Of a stretch of 64,000 nucleotides of DNA, positions 52,348-64,000 are shown piece by piece. The DNA comes from Diadema antillarum. Lineage: Eukaryota. Position 1 is the stretch's first letter; each line of letters begins with the position of its first letter. The notes under the pieces are model-generated. The model worked only from the letters and a program-made list of their open reading frames with translations. It was not told where the DNA came from and did not search any database. Position numbers and translations under genes: made by a program. The stretch is taken from assembly GCF_040938485.1 (NCBI RefSeq), contig NW_027271894.1, positions 434,001 through 498,000 on the forward strand. Direction: 5' to 3'.

Positions 52348-55300
52348 ATAATGTTATGTTATCATGGACAGTATTGTGACAAAATTGACAATTTCTACAT
52401 TGATTTGTAGTTTTCCCTCTTTTTCTTTTACATACTTTTTATCAATTTTGTTACTGTACGGTCATAGAGGGGAAAAAAGAAAAATGCAGAAATTCAGTTC
52501 AATTCATTTTTTTTTTCAATACTCGACAGAATGGGTTACATTGTAAATAACAATATATAGCCAGACATTGAATAATTATAAACACATGTTATGATGATAG
52601 TCATTATTGTAACTGATCATCATCAAAATATTGGTGAAGTTTCAGAGAAATATGTCGGTTTCTACGTAAAAACAAGCTTATCTAAAGTACTGTAAGACCC
52701 ATGGTTAATCATTATTCATGCATTCATTCAATATTGAGACCGTTTTGAAATAACAGTATAAAAGGTTTACGAAGTGAAACATGTAAGATAAATATATTAA
52801 AACAAGCTAGAAAACATATAATAATAATTGTGAAACAAGGAGAGCGGATGACAATGTTGAGTCTAAACCGGTTAACAAACGGAACCAAACAAAACCAAAC
52901 AACAGACGACGCGAAGAATGTAGGACTAACAAGATGCGGTGAAACTCACAACATACAAACGCCCGTTGCATGCACGGAGCACGGTCTGGTCCAATTTGAA
53001 AATACTGGAACACCGCGGAAATCAAAACGTTTGCTCTCGTAATACAATCACGGCATCATAATTCAATGAGACAAGGAAAACTGGAATAAGCAAACAACAT
53101 GGACAACAAACGAAAAAGAGTAATGATGAAATATTATGCTTATTTTACTTAAATGCATGCGTCGCTAATAAAGCGAGCCCCTTTACGTAATTTACAAAAT
53201 GAAGACGAAAATTGCGAGAAAGGTACGGAGCAGCCGTAGGGGAAAAGGGGCAAAAGGCACAGCGTTTTAGCCAGATAGTCGTACAGATTTTCCGACGAAT
53301 AATAGTAACGGCAATTCACATGGTATGCACTAACGAAGTCAATTAGATAAATATACAGATATCACCGGCTAATTCACCAAGCGGGTATCCCGAAACGTAC
53401 CAGTAGGGCGTAACGTAAACCCTCATCCCTCAAACGATTGCGCGTAATGGTGACGGTCCTCAACACAATAACCCACCGCAGTTGGGGGGGGGGGGAGGGG
53501 GAGGAGATGTCATCTTTTTGGAAAATAGAAGGTGATGTCTGATCCCCCATCCATCAAGGCTATGTGTGTCTCCAAATACACTCGCCACCGCCCTTTCTGT
53601 TTGGCTTAACGTCCGCCCTACCCAATGCACTTTTTTTCGAGGGTTTTTTTCTTCTTGTTGGTCTTAATTTTGTTTTGCATTTGTTTTGTCTTCGCTTACG
53701 GTCAGACGGTATTGAAACAAAGAAAACACGGCGATCAGCCGAGATCGTTCATTTGGCATCGGTGACACGGCGGTGCACTTAAGGCGGATGAACAGAGAGG
53801 AGCGGACTCTCGGGGTGAAGTAGAAATCGCAGGGTCCCAGCTGCTGCCCACTGACGTTCATAGGACATTTTTGATAATTGTGTATTATGATGTGCACTAT
53901 CGACATGACTGGATGCCCACTGCCGATGCTGAAGGAATATATATCTCCTCTGCCTAACCCGGTTGACGTCATTGTCGTAGTAACTTTAATAGTAACTGAG
54001 GGTTTTCCTTTAATATCTTTGAGTTTACATGACTCATAATACACGTGGAGCACATTTTCCCTACCAACGCATTGTTCATTAAACCGTATACACGGCTATA
54101 CCATGTCATGCATGTATACATGTGTACACATGTATACGCTGTATACACACGCAGGTGTCTCATAAACAATCTACATAATCTCTCTATAATCTAGATATGG
54201 TTACAAATTGATGAATAGATTGATGAATATCATACAGGAGACAGAGAGTGAAATCATAGTTGTCACAGGGAGAAAGAGCGAGAGATATACAGACAGACAA
54301 CGCAAGAACCGACCATACGTGTTTGCATTGTAATGCTATATATCGATATCTAATTATGATCACTTCTCATAGGTACATACCATGCCGCTTTCCTTCACAC
54401 GAACACATTTTTCTCTCCATATTTTTCCTCTCTGTCTGTCTGTCTGCCTGCCTGTTTGTCTGTCTGTCTGTGTGTCTGTCTCTCTGCCTATGCATCTCCC
54501 AGTGACTTGGAGGTACCCTGTAGATTGAATACACTATAAAAGATATGCTGAAGTCAGGTGTATGGTCGGAGGGGACCGCACTCCATCAAGAAGGGGGCAA
54601 TTAGCGATAGACACTGGCGGCATCCCTAGGCAACCTCCAGTGATAGAATGCCTGAAAACCCAATTTCAGATGGAGATGGAGTCTTTTGCGGCTCACGCTC
54701 CGGGTCTCTGGTGCCCGTCTCTTGAGGAGGCTATTCCATTTCTTGAGGTTCGGACATTCCGCTCGGTCAAAAGAAATCAGGCCGTGGTTTGTTTCTTGAC
54801 CTTCGCCTGAGCGGGAGACTCACCGTTCGTGGATTTTATCACAGTGGTGACATTGATACTGTTATAATACGTAGCGATAAGTTTGCGTTTGATCGCCTAG
54901 ATGTGTCAATATGAGTGTGCATGTGGGAGTGGGTACATGACTATGTCAGTGTGTTTGTGTGTGCATGTGTGTGTGTAAAGATGGGGCACGCGGGGGGGGG
55001 GGGGAGAGGGGGTGGCGATCTATGTTAGTGTGAATGCGTGGGGATGTTCTTGTTGGTGTCGGTTGGTGTTGGGCGGAAATTGAGCTCGATTGAGACTGTG
55101 CGCCATCGGGTTTCGTCTCGCTTTTCCAAGAATACTCTTAACACGTGCAAGCTGATCTAAGAGGTTTGAAGTACCCGGTGTAACTCTCGTCATCTTGGAA
55201 GGATGAATGGTGTAATGGAAGGCCTCCTTTAAACGTCGGGCTGGAGAGCAGTGACGACACTGCCTGCTGTCTTACTGAGACCTACCGTGCCCTGGTTCTC

Positions 55301-56034
55301 TGCCGCTATTCTCTTACACTCATGTTCAAGTGGAAAGGTAGCTTACGGCAAGTGAGGGAGAGGGGCAGGGTGAGAACATACACGCTGTAGATCAAAGGGG
55401 AATCTACTCGGTGTGAAGAAGGATAATTCAAGCGAGACGACTTTTTTCTGTTTCTTGGTTGAAGGGAAGGAATTTAAGACTTCAGTTTCCCTGGTTTTTA
55501 ATTCATTCCTCTTTTCTTTTCTACGAAAACAATAACCTGTAAATACGAGTATTTAGGATAGAGATGACAGGATTTTTATTTCATTTTGTTGTTGTTAGAG
55601 GGCGCTGTATTCCTGCTGCCACATAGCAAAGTTTGCTCCCTGAATGTCATCCCATTTGTGTCATTTCCATAATGGAGTTTTGTATTTTACATTTACCAGT
55701 GCTAGTGTACAGTGCAGTGATCCTCCAGGACAAGTTCCAGCATTTTTCATCAGTCTGCCAGCATGGATTTTAGTAGCAAGATTTTGACCTGGTTTACCTT
55801 GTCTATGCTCTGTATGTCTACATGTTCCAGCACAGGCCTATGGACACTCAGTGGAAGCCAGATTACATGGAACACTTTCATGCAAATGGAGGGTAGTGAT
55901 CTGCAGTCAATAGACTGCTGCAACAATGGAGCTATTCAGCCAAGACTTTCTACCTCTTTCAAGTACACCAGATCACAGCTGTTTTCTCAAGAGGTCATGC
56001 AAGCAGGACAATTCCTGTAGAAGTTTACAATGTC

Positions 56035-56650
56035 TTGAAAGAAAATGGCACATTCCACGCGAGAGGCAAGCGGGCTGGCTGTCACATGCATAGACATGAA
56101 TTCAAACATGTCAGCCCATCCAGTCAAGCTTGTAAAACTGTTGATGTAGATATTCTCAAGGTAGTATATTGGAATGCTCACTCTGTTTGTAATAACAGTC
56201 ACTTTGTGTGTGACTTTGTTCTTCTTAAGAAGGACATAGATGCGTTGTTTCTCACTGAGACGTGGCTCCCTGCTGAGGATACAATCGTCACAGGAGAATT
56301 GACTCCACCTGGGTACAATTTCATCAATGTATCTCGTTCAGCAACCATCGATCCAGGGCACCATGGTGGTATCGGTATCCTTGCAAAGAAGGAACTCAAA
56401 CTTGTACACAATAAGGATGTTTTACATACACTTAATGTTTCTATGTTTGAATATGCTATTGTGTCTAACATTTCCCGAACATCGGTCATACTTTGGACCC
56501 CTTGATCACCAGATCAGACGAGTCAATTCTGAATGATATTGAGGTCTGTAACAACCATGAATCTGATCACTATGTTATTTGTCTTCATCTAAACATACCA
56601 AGACCACGGGTATCTTGTCAAACCCTCACTTTCAGAGAGTACAAGGATAT
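56035..56650 (+). pseudogene. Apurinic-endonuclease (APE/EEP) domain remnant of L2 ORF2, internally deleted
   Basis: KVVYWNAHSVCN, DALFLTETWL, PPGYNFINVSR and HGGIGILAK are present, then the sequence jumps near 56480 to GHTLD-LITRS and SDHYVI. The usual YRPP and GDFN segment is not visible. Confidence 0.85.
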
Positions 56651-57324
56651 GAACCATGAGAATTTTTCAAGTGATCTTGGTACATTGTTTGATGAGGGTG
56701 CTTCTCTTGATGACTGTAGAGATGTTGATAAACTTGTTGACTTCTTTAACTCTGCTGTGACGATTGTGCTTGATCATCATGCTCCAGTTACAGTGCGGAC
56801 ATTCAGACACAGACGTCATCCTCAGTGGTACAATGAGGATATAATCCTCTGCCCGTCGGGAACGTCGTAGGGCGGAAGGAGATGGCGCAAAGAGAAATCC
56901 CCCGAGAGCTTCAGGTCTTACCGCGACGCAAAGGACAAGGTCAAGAAGGCTCTCCTCACTGCTAAATCCGAATACTTTAAGGAAAAGCTTTCAGACTGTA
57001 CTCCTAAGTCTGCTTTTGGAATCATTAGTTCTCTCCTCAACCGCAAGGACACTGTTTTACCAGCTCATGATTCACCAGTAGATGTGAGCAACCAGTTTGC
57101 ATCCTTCTTTTCTGATAAGGTCAAAGATATTAGCTGTGACCTGAGTAACCAGTGTAACAACTTGGTCTTGAACCCCATGTACGCAGATCAGCAAACTCAA
57201 CATGAATTTGATTTTTCTGAGGTAACTGCTATTGAACTTACATGGATAGTCATGAAGAGTCCTTCTAAAACTTGCTGTCTTGATCCTTTACCTACATGGT
57301 TGCTGAAGAAGCATCTTCCGATTC

Positions 57325-58146
57325 TTGCTCCTTCGCTCACTGATAAAGAAATCCTCATGTGACAAGGACATTCGCAAGAACTATAGACCAGTTTCCAATA
57401 TCGAGTTCAGATCCAAGATCATCGAACGTGTGGTCACATCTCAGCTTGTTCAGTACATAGACGAGTCTCATTTCTCCGAGTCCTTTCAGTCGGCCTATAA
57501 GCGTAACCATAGCTGCGAGACAGCCCTCCTCAAAGTCCAAGATGATATCCTTCGCAGCATTGACAAAAGGAAAGGGGTTATGCTGGTAATGCTTGACCTG
57601 TCAGCTGCGTTCGTTACAGTTGATCATGAAATTCTGCTCGATCGCTTACATGACACCTTTGGTATCAAAGGTTCAGCTCTACAGTGGATGGCTTCTTACC
57701 TCACAAATCGAAGGAGTCGTGTCTGCGTGTCTGGTCACTTGTCTAGGGAGTGTACTTCAGTAGTTCGCATTCCACAGGGATCTGTAATGGGGCCCCTATT
57801 GTTCACCATGTATACCAGTCCTCTTAGAAATATTCTTCGTGCTGAAAATGTTAAGTATCATATGTATGCAGATGACGTACAAATCTATCTTGAGTTTGAC
57901 CCCAGTGACCCATCCAGTGTTAAACTCACTCTGAATGCACTGTCCAGATGTGTGGGTAAAGTGCAGGAATGGATGACTCTGAAAAAGCTGAAACTCAATG
58001 AAGAGAAACAGAGTTTCTTGTTCTTGCCTCCCAACGCCATCTTAAGCTTGTACAGGACATCAGACTTGCTCTTGGGACAACTCTCATCTCTCCATCTGAT
58101 CATGTGCGCAATCTTGGAGTTATCTTTTCCTCTGATGCAAAGATGA
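57325..58146 (+). pseudogene. Reverse transcriptase domain of L2 ORF2 (frame open over 273 codons but flanked by frameshifts)
   Basis: NYRPVSNIEFRSKIIERVV, FQSAYKRNHSCETALLKV, MLDLSAAFVTVDHEILL, IPQGSVMGPLLFTMY and HMYADDVQIY (YADD at 57865-57876). Confidence 0.95.
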
Positions 58147-58796
58147 GCATGCATGTTTCACAGATCTGTAAGTTAGATGAGTACTACATCAGAAATCTGT
58201 GGAGGATCAGAAAATTTATTGGTGCTTCTACTTGTCACGCAGCAGTCCGTGCATTGGTCTTATCGCGACTCAACTACTGTAATGCCCTTCTTGGCGGAAT
58301 CAGTCGGGCTGATGTGGATCGCTTACAGAGAGTTCAGAATGCTGCCTCTAGACTAGTGTACCATGTTCGTTCAAGTTCTCATGCTACTCCTCTTATACGT
58401 CAACTCCACTGGCTGCCAGTCAAAGCAAGAATATCCTTCAAGCTTCTCCTACTGGTCTGCGAAGTAGTCAACAATAGAGCTCCAGAGTACATTGGGGAGT
58501 GTTTGGTACGACACTCGCACTCTAGGCGCACTCTTCTTTCATCATCCGTTACCTTTACTCAACCACACACGAAAAAAAAAACAAACTAGCCGGATGTGCA
58601 GCTTTCTCTTCTTCTGCTCCTAGGCTGTGGAATAAGCTCCCTCCTCTTCTCAAATCTTCACCCACACTTGATCATTTCAAACAAAACTTGAAGACATTTA
58701 TTTTGATGTCCCTATATGTGCACTGGACTTATACTGTCACTGCCTGGTATTTTGTATATAGTTTATCTCCTATGGCGACCAGGGATGACTTGTCAT

Positions 58797-58833
58797 AGCG
58801 CTTTGCATCCAGTGGAAAAGGCGCTCTATAAAT
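58797..58833 (+). other. L2 3'-terminal stem-loop (RT recognition element)
   Basis: AGCGCTTTgcatccagtggAAAAGGCGCT followed by CTATAAAT, the layout known from L2 3' ends (eel UnaL2, zebrafish ZfL2). Confidence 0.75.
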
Positions 58834-61800
58834 GTCTATTAATAATACAATGTATTATTATTATTGTTGTTGTTGTTGTTTTTTCGTTGATATTCGATTA
58901 TTACCCTACGAGTTATGAATGTGCGTCATTTTGTTTCCCCCTCAGGGATTGAGATTTTATCTTTACGATGACCCCTCTCGTAGCAACTGCTTTCTACATC
59001 ACGTGACACATTGCTGACAAGCAATTACGACTTTGGATCACAATTACATCTGCTTCATTATAATTCTTTTTTTTTTTTCATATTTGCTCGTTATTGTTTC
59101 TCTTTTTATTTATCCCACAAAATTTATGATCTTGAATGAGTGAATCGGGTCATCGCAACGATTTATGTCATTGACTTTTGTAACAGCCGGTTATTGCTCA
59201 TGAGCTTCAAGTCATTACTCTACCGCTGAAAATCTGGTCCATATTGCTATAATGTAAAGTAAAGAATCAGAAGAATATAATAAGGGTCGTCTCCCCTACC
59301 AGCGTTGCGTGAGTACATTGGAATGTCAAAACATACATCCATACCTCAAAACAGACAAAACTTTCCACTGCTCTTAGGGCAATTATGAGAACATGAAACG
59401 TGACCGACTTGAGCGAAACGGAGAACTCGTGACACCTGAAATTTTAAGGGGGACTATATGATTTCTTCCTGATGAGGCGCGCAGTGATTGTCATTTACGC
59501 GGAAGGGGGTCCCCACTTAAAACATCAGCCAGTAATTGAAAATCCATCGCACTAATTTGAAGATTTCCGTCAAATTCATTTTCGTTGGGCAGACAGCGGA
59601 GGAGCAGCCCGTTCGGCCCGAGCATCATTAGAAGAGGAGAATTTGGGATTGGTGACGCCAGGTACCCCCTCTGTACTTTTAACGGAAAGGTTACTAACAT
59701 CTGAGTAGCTATCCACGTGCTGCATGCACATGTCAAACCTACAAAACCTAATGGTCTAGTATGTGATAAAAGCAACAAAACACACCTAAATAAAAACCCC
59801 AATATAACCAATATGTCTCCAAATAATTTCCATCTAGCGTGATGTCGAGGAGCACGCTGACAACACATCGAGTGAACACGGCGAAAAAAAAAGAAGAGTA
59901 GATGATTATTTCCAGGGAATTCGAAAGACAAAGCGGACGGATCCAATATTTTGTTGGGATAATAAATTTCATTACTGTTAAACTATTCTGAAGGCAATAG
60001 ATTCCATTTCGCCGACTCTTTACACGTTTAACATTTTTAGAGAGAAAGTTTGGTAACTTGGATAAAAAAGGGGTACGCCTATTCTTGTGAAATTATTTGA
60101 CATGAAATAATCGATGATGTTGTCAGGTCGAAGGGAGACTTTGTGGTTTTCTCTGCCCTCTCTGTCCCATACAGCTAAATCACGGAGGCTGTAGGAAGGG
60201 GAAAACATCACAATTTTTCCTCATTAATTTTTTATGAGAGGTTCATGAACTTCAGTGCCGGGGTCCTGCTATAAATTATGTTAGCACATTACTTCGTGTA
60301 AGAAGAAAAAAAAAGCAGAGTATACAAATGGACCTTTTTCAAGATTGTTGCGGTCATGTTTAAGTATTCAGATGGTGGCACATAATTTGGCAAATCATCA
60401 GTGCATCTATCTTGCAATGGTGAAAGTAAAAGAAATATTCTGTGAAAATAGAAAAAAGAGCATCTTCCTTTTTTTTCCTCGAAACTGAACAAGTTTATGA
60501 TGTCACCCTTTTCTCTTTTTGTCTGTCCGTCTGTCTGTCTGTATATGATATATTCGGGGGGGGGTCACAATAAATGTGATTTCTTTTATTCATTCAATAG
60601 CATTCTTTGGCGATGATGATAATCAGTAATATGATTTATTATCCTAGATAGAAAAAAAGTAACGGAAAATCTCCTCTGAGGAAAACAAAAATTGAAAGAA
60701 GATCATAGTGATTCCAGCTCTTCTCGATTTCTTTTATTGGTGACGAGTTGTATGAAGGCTGAATGCCTCTTTTAAAATGTTAAATAAATCAGACCGTCAG
60801 CCACCTACGGTATAAGACATGATATTTATCTTTTCGTCTGAGACATTAGAGTGCGGAACTCGTCAAATCGGAAATGGATAATTCATTAAATGGGATATAT
60901 ATTCATCAGAGAACGTTATTAGATAATATGATCATAGTATCGAATATAGGGACACAAAAAGTAATTTATGGACTAAATGATGATAATGAATGCATCTTTT
61001 TAAAGGAAAATTATGAAACCAAGGAAGAGTAGAGAGTATTTGTATGTTTCATCCAGAGATGCATGGATCTAGTGGGCGATATTCATCCATTAATGAAATA
61101 ATATATTTTATGGGCTTCAGAATAGGAGCTCCATTTGCTTTTGTATGGCATCGTTTTGTATCAAACGAGATATCTTTTATATATTTAGTAAGAATAAAAT
61201 TGATTATTATTTAAAACTACTTGCGCACGCAAAACTAGACACAATTTTGTCACTCGGTAACAACACAACTTATTCGATTTGCATCGATTCATCTGAGTAC
61301 GCATTTGTGTTTGAAATATCAAACCGGAAAAAAAAAATGATCGTTCAGTGGTCTAATTTTGGCACATAGTAGGCATATACAGCCCCTTCCCGATCAGGCG
61401 TATCAATCAACCACTTTTGATGTATGTCGAAATCTACCACTTGGCCGGGATACGAAGTGTATGTCACTGACATTTCAGAACCCATCCGTTCATGTCCATC
61501 AGCAGAAAACCATCTCCGTTCCGGGGTGACAAAATTTTTTTGACCGATCGTCCGTGTCGCGATAATAGTCTTCTATGTCGCAGACTTGCCATTTATTCAG
61601 ACGCTGCTAAAGTTCTATAAAGCCATTTTCTCTGCTGACGGTTATTGTTCATTTCGAGTGGCTCTCAAGGCCGCTACGCAAAGCATCATGCGCATCAAAC
61701 TTTCTCTATACTGAGATGATAGGTGCTATACGTGCGAGAGAGGAACCATCTCATGACATGGTCAAGGTATTTCCAATTAGAGAGCAAATAAAAATATCGA

Positions 61801-62683
61801 AGGAAAGTATGGTCAGACCATTGATGTTGACATTTTTTTTTACGTTTTGCGTGATGAACAATACATCTCAGTATACCCGACTATAATTTTTTTTAATGTC
61901 TTGGCGGGTTTTAAGAGGCGATGGCGCAATATATGTTTTAATAGTTAACGTCACAGAGGGTTTTTTTTTGTGTTTTGCAGGGTATTACACCAAATGTCTA
62001 CGATCATAATGCATGTGGTGATTTTACGAGAATGCGTGATTCTTTAATCACTTTGATATTTACTACTTGTTTGGTAGATTATTTCATTAGATTATTTTAT
62101 CATTTTCGACGTCGGAGCACTCAACATATTGCTTATCTCGTAAAGATTACCCGCGGTATTTATGATATTCGTCAATATCAGAGATTAGACACATTTGAAA
62201 TGTATAATCGGAAACTGTGCAGTTTTGGGTAGAACTCAACTCCTAAAGGCCTATCCTAAGTCAAATCACTTCATTTTCATAATGAGTAATACCATCAAAT
62301 AATAACACAGGTAAATATCCGTAGCTGGTAATACTGATGAAGAGAAAGCCGGTATACACAATCAGGCGTCATTGATGAGCATGGAGAATTGTATTCATAA
62401 AGCATGCTTTATATAAAGCCCCCGTGATTCTGTTGTAACCGTAAGTGGCACTATAGGAAATGCATCAGTGTCTTCTTTTAGAGATGTTGCATCATTGCGT
62501 GCCAGGGGACATGGTGGGGTGGGGTGGGTGGGGAGAGAGGGAGGGAGGGGTATAAGAGGAAATGTATGTGCCCATGAGGGGCACGAAAGCGAGACACTTT
62601 AAGTGTTAGATAAGGTTTATGCTGCACTCACCAAAAAGTGGTGTGATTATCAATTTAGATGCATGTATTCTTGGACTGGGTGG

Positions 62684-63103
62684 TAATCTTAAAATTTTGT
62701 TACTTGTTTATAAAGTACTGTATGGTCAAGCAGCTGGTTATTTATCAGAATTGATATCAATGAAATCACATTCATATTCTCATAATTTACGAAGTACACA
62801 GGATAGGTTGCTTCTAAAGCAACCTCATTTAAAAACGAAAGTAACTTTGGGGGATTGTGCCTTCAGCTGTGCTGCTCCAAAACTTGGGAATAAATTACCT
62901 GAGAAAATGAGGGAGGCCTCATCACTTGCTGTCTTCAAATCTTTATTGAAGACTTACCTTTTTTCAGAAGCCTTTGATTAATTTGTTATCTATTTTTCGT
63001 GTGTCTAATCAGTAACAATTTCAGGAGCTTTGTTACATCACAGCGCAGTAGAGTACTTACAGTAGCTGCGCTATACAAATTTGTCTAATTATTATCATTA
63101 TTA
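62684..63103 (+). mobile_element. 5'-truncated L2-clade LINE (C-terminus of ORF2, 3' UTR, tail); different subfamily from the 55.6 kb copy
   Basis: LKILLLVYKVLYGQAAGYLSELI..HNLRS..KTKVTLGDCAFSCAAPKLGNKLPEKMREASSLAVFKSLLKTYLFSEAFD* (stop at 62981), then stem AGCGCAG..CTGCGCT, ATACAAAT and an (ATT)n-like tail. Confidence 0.9.
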
Positions 63104-64000
63104 CTTTTAAGAGAAAACCATCGAGATACTAGATTGGATTATTACCTTTAAAAAATAGCAGAAACCCTACCCCTCCCCCCCCCCCAAAAAAAAAAACTTT
63201 GGTAGCGTAGTATTTCAGTTTCTTCAGCAATGCGCACACAGGCCTGAGGAGGCAACCTCTGAATAGAGTATCTTTATAAGAGAATGGTATTCACTTATCG
63301 CCATCCTCCACTGCATGAGGGTCTTCAGTGTGATTCTATCCCCGTTTTGAATTGTAGTTAGGTCGCACATGCTCTCATTCGGTCTCGGTGAGACGCCCTG
63401 CAGGAAAAGAAGAAAGTGTGGCGGTGGAGGCATTTTCCACGATTTAACGTCTTATCCCTCTCCAGGTTTTATATTTCCAGTGAATATTATGAAGAAATAC
63501 CAGCATTATATACCGGGGGATTTTTTCCCCTTCATTTTTTGACACATGACTCTCCAAAAATCCATCTCCTCTCTTCATATTCCTCTTAGTAATGCTAACA
63601 GGTTTTTTTTTCTTTCTGTGTTTAACAAGAATATCTCGTATTTCGCCATAATGTACTTGTTAACAAGCAAGCACAACACACCTTTGCAAAGGAGCTCTAG
63701 AAACACGTCCCTAGCGTACACCATTCTGCGCCATCTCTCATTTCGTCCCGAGGCCTCTTTTCGAGCTCACGAAATGCCATCAAACACGTTAAAGTAAGGC
63801 GCGAAGAATACGCACAAGAGCGCCGCTTGAAGCATGAATCCCTGAAATCGGATAACGTTCCGATGATTACACACGCTCATACAATAATGCGGACCAAACC
63901 AGAGTGGAATAGAAGAGGGGGGGGGGGGGGGGGCGGTATTAGGCATGAGGATGGGGGCTAGGGCGAAGTGTTCCATATAATGTGTCGATGATGTTGCGGC

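Larger units (their letters stand above)
55597..58863 (+). mobile_element. Decayed L2-clade non-LTR retrotransposon (LINE), near full length: short 5' UTR, fragmented ORF2 (APE + RT), 3' UTR with stem-loop and (ATT)n tail
   Basis: ORF fragments 55763-56020, 56035-56505, 56493-56870, 57084-57362, 57325-58146 and 58104-58589 join through frameshifts into one ORF2. Motifs include YTRSQL..EVYNVLKENG..RGKRAG (L2-type N-terminus), WNAHS/LTETWL/GGIGI (APE), RRERRRAE-RWRK, KTCCLDPLP, NYRPVSN, LDLSAAF, IPQGSVMGP, YADD, RLQRVQNAA, LHWLPV and APRLWNKLP. The 3' end reads AGCGCTTTG..AAAAGGCGCTCTATAAAT followed by ATT repeats. The 5' boundary is inferred. Confidence 0.93.

Noticed and set aside
54512-54523. 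TACCCTGTAGAT, matching the 5' part of miR-10
   Set aside because: The match stops after 12 nt (it continues TGAATAC rather than CCGAATTTG), and I see no complementary arm for a hairpin.
1-64000. CRISPR arrays, operons, rRNA/snRNA genes or prokaryotic defence systems
   Set aside because: I saw no repeat-spacer arrays, dense gene packing or recognisable structural RNA genes; the DNA is eukaryotic and non-coding.

Overview
This is non-coding eukaryotic (animal) genomic DNA: AT-leaning, rich in microsatellites, with CpG not strongly depleted and one scaffold gap at 46279-46423. The repeat styles (Kolobok-like TTAAAG termini, tRNA-Arg-headed SINE, L2 LINEs) resemble sea-urchin/echinoderm genomes; this is inference from recalled family resemblance, not a database result. 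I found no host protein-coding exon I can support, and almost all ORFs in the track are artefacts of microsatellites or random sequence. The only clear protein-coding sequence is a decayed ~3.3 kb L2-clade LINE at 55597-58863. It has an APE remnant, an RT with YADD and the L2 3' stem-loop, and it may be a full-length, ORF1-less copy. There is also a 5'-truncated second L2 fragment, several faint LINE 3' remnants, 2-3 tRNA-derived SINEs and several MITE-like non-autonomous DNA transposon remnants. The unique DNA between repeats contains CpG- and TAAT-rich blocks that look like developmental enhancers (TCF, posterior Hox/Cdx, Otx/paired P3 and CTCF motifs), suggesting a gene desert or very large intron. 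I cannot demonstrate a new biological system from sequence alone. The most interesting unexplained items are a 96-nt near-perfect hairpin (31735-31830), a TIR element plus a separate hairpin embedded in (TA)n tracts (27611-28566), and a TCF/Hox/Otx motif cluster (17450-18800).
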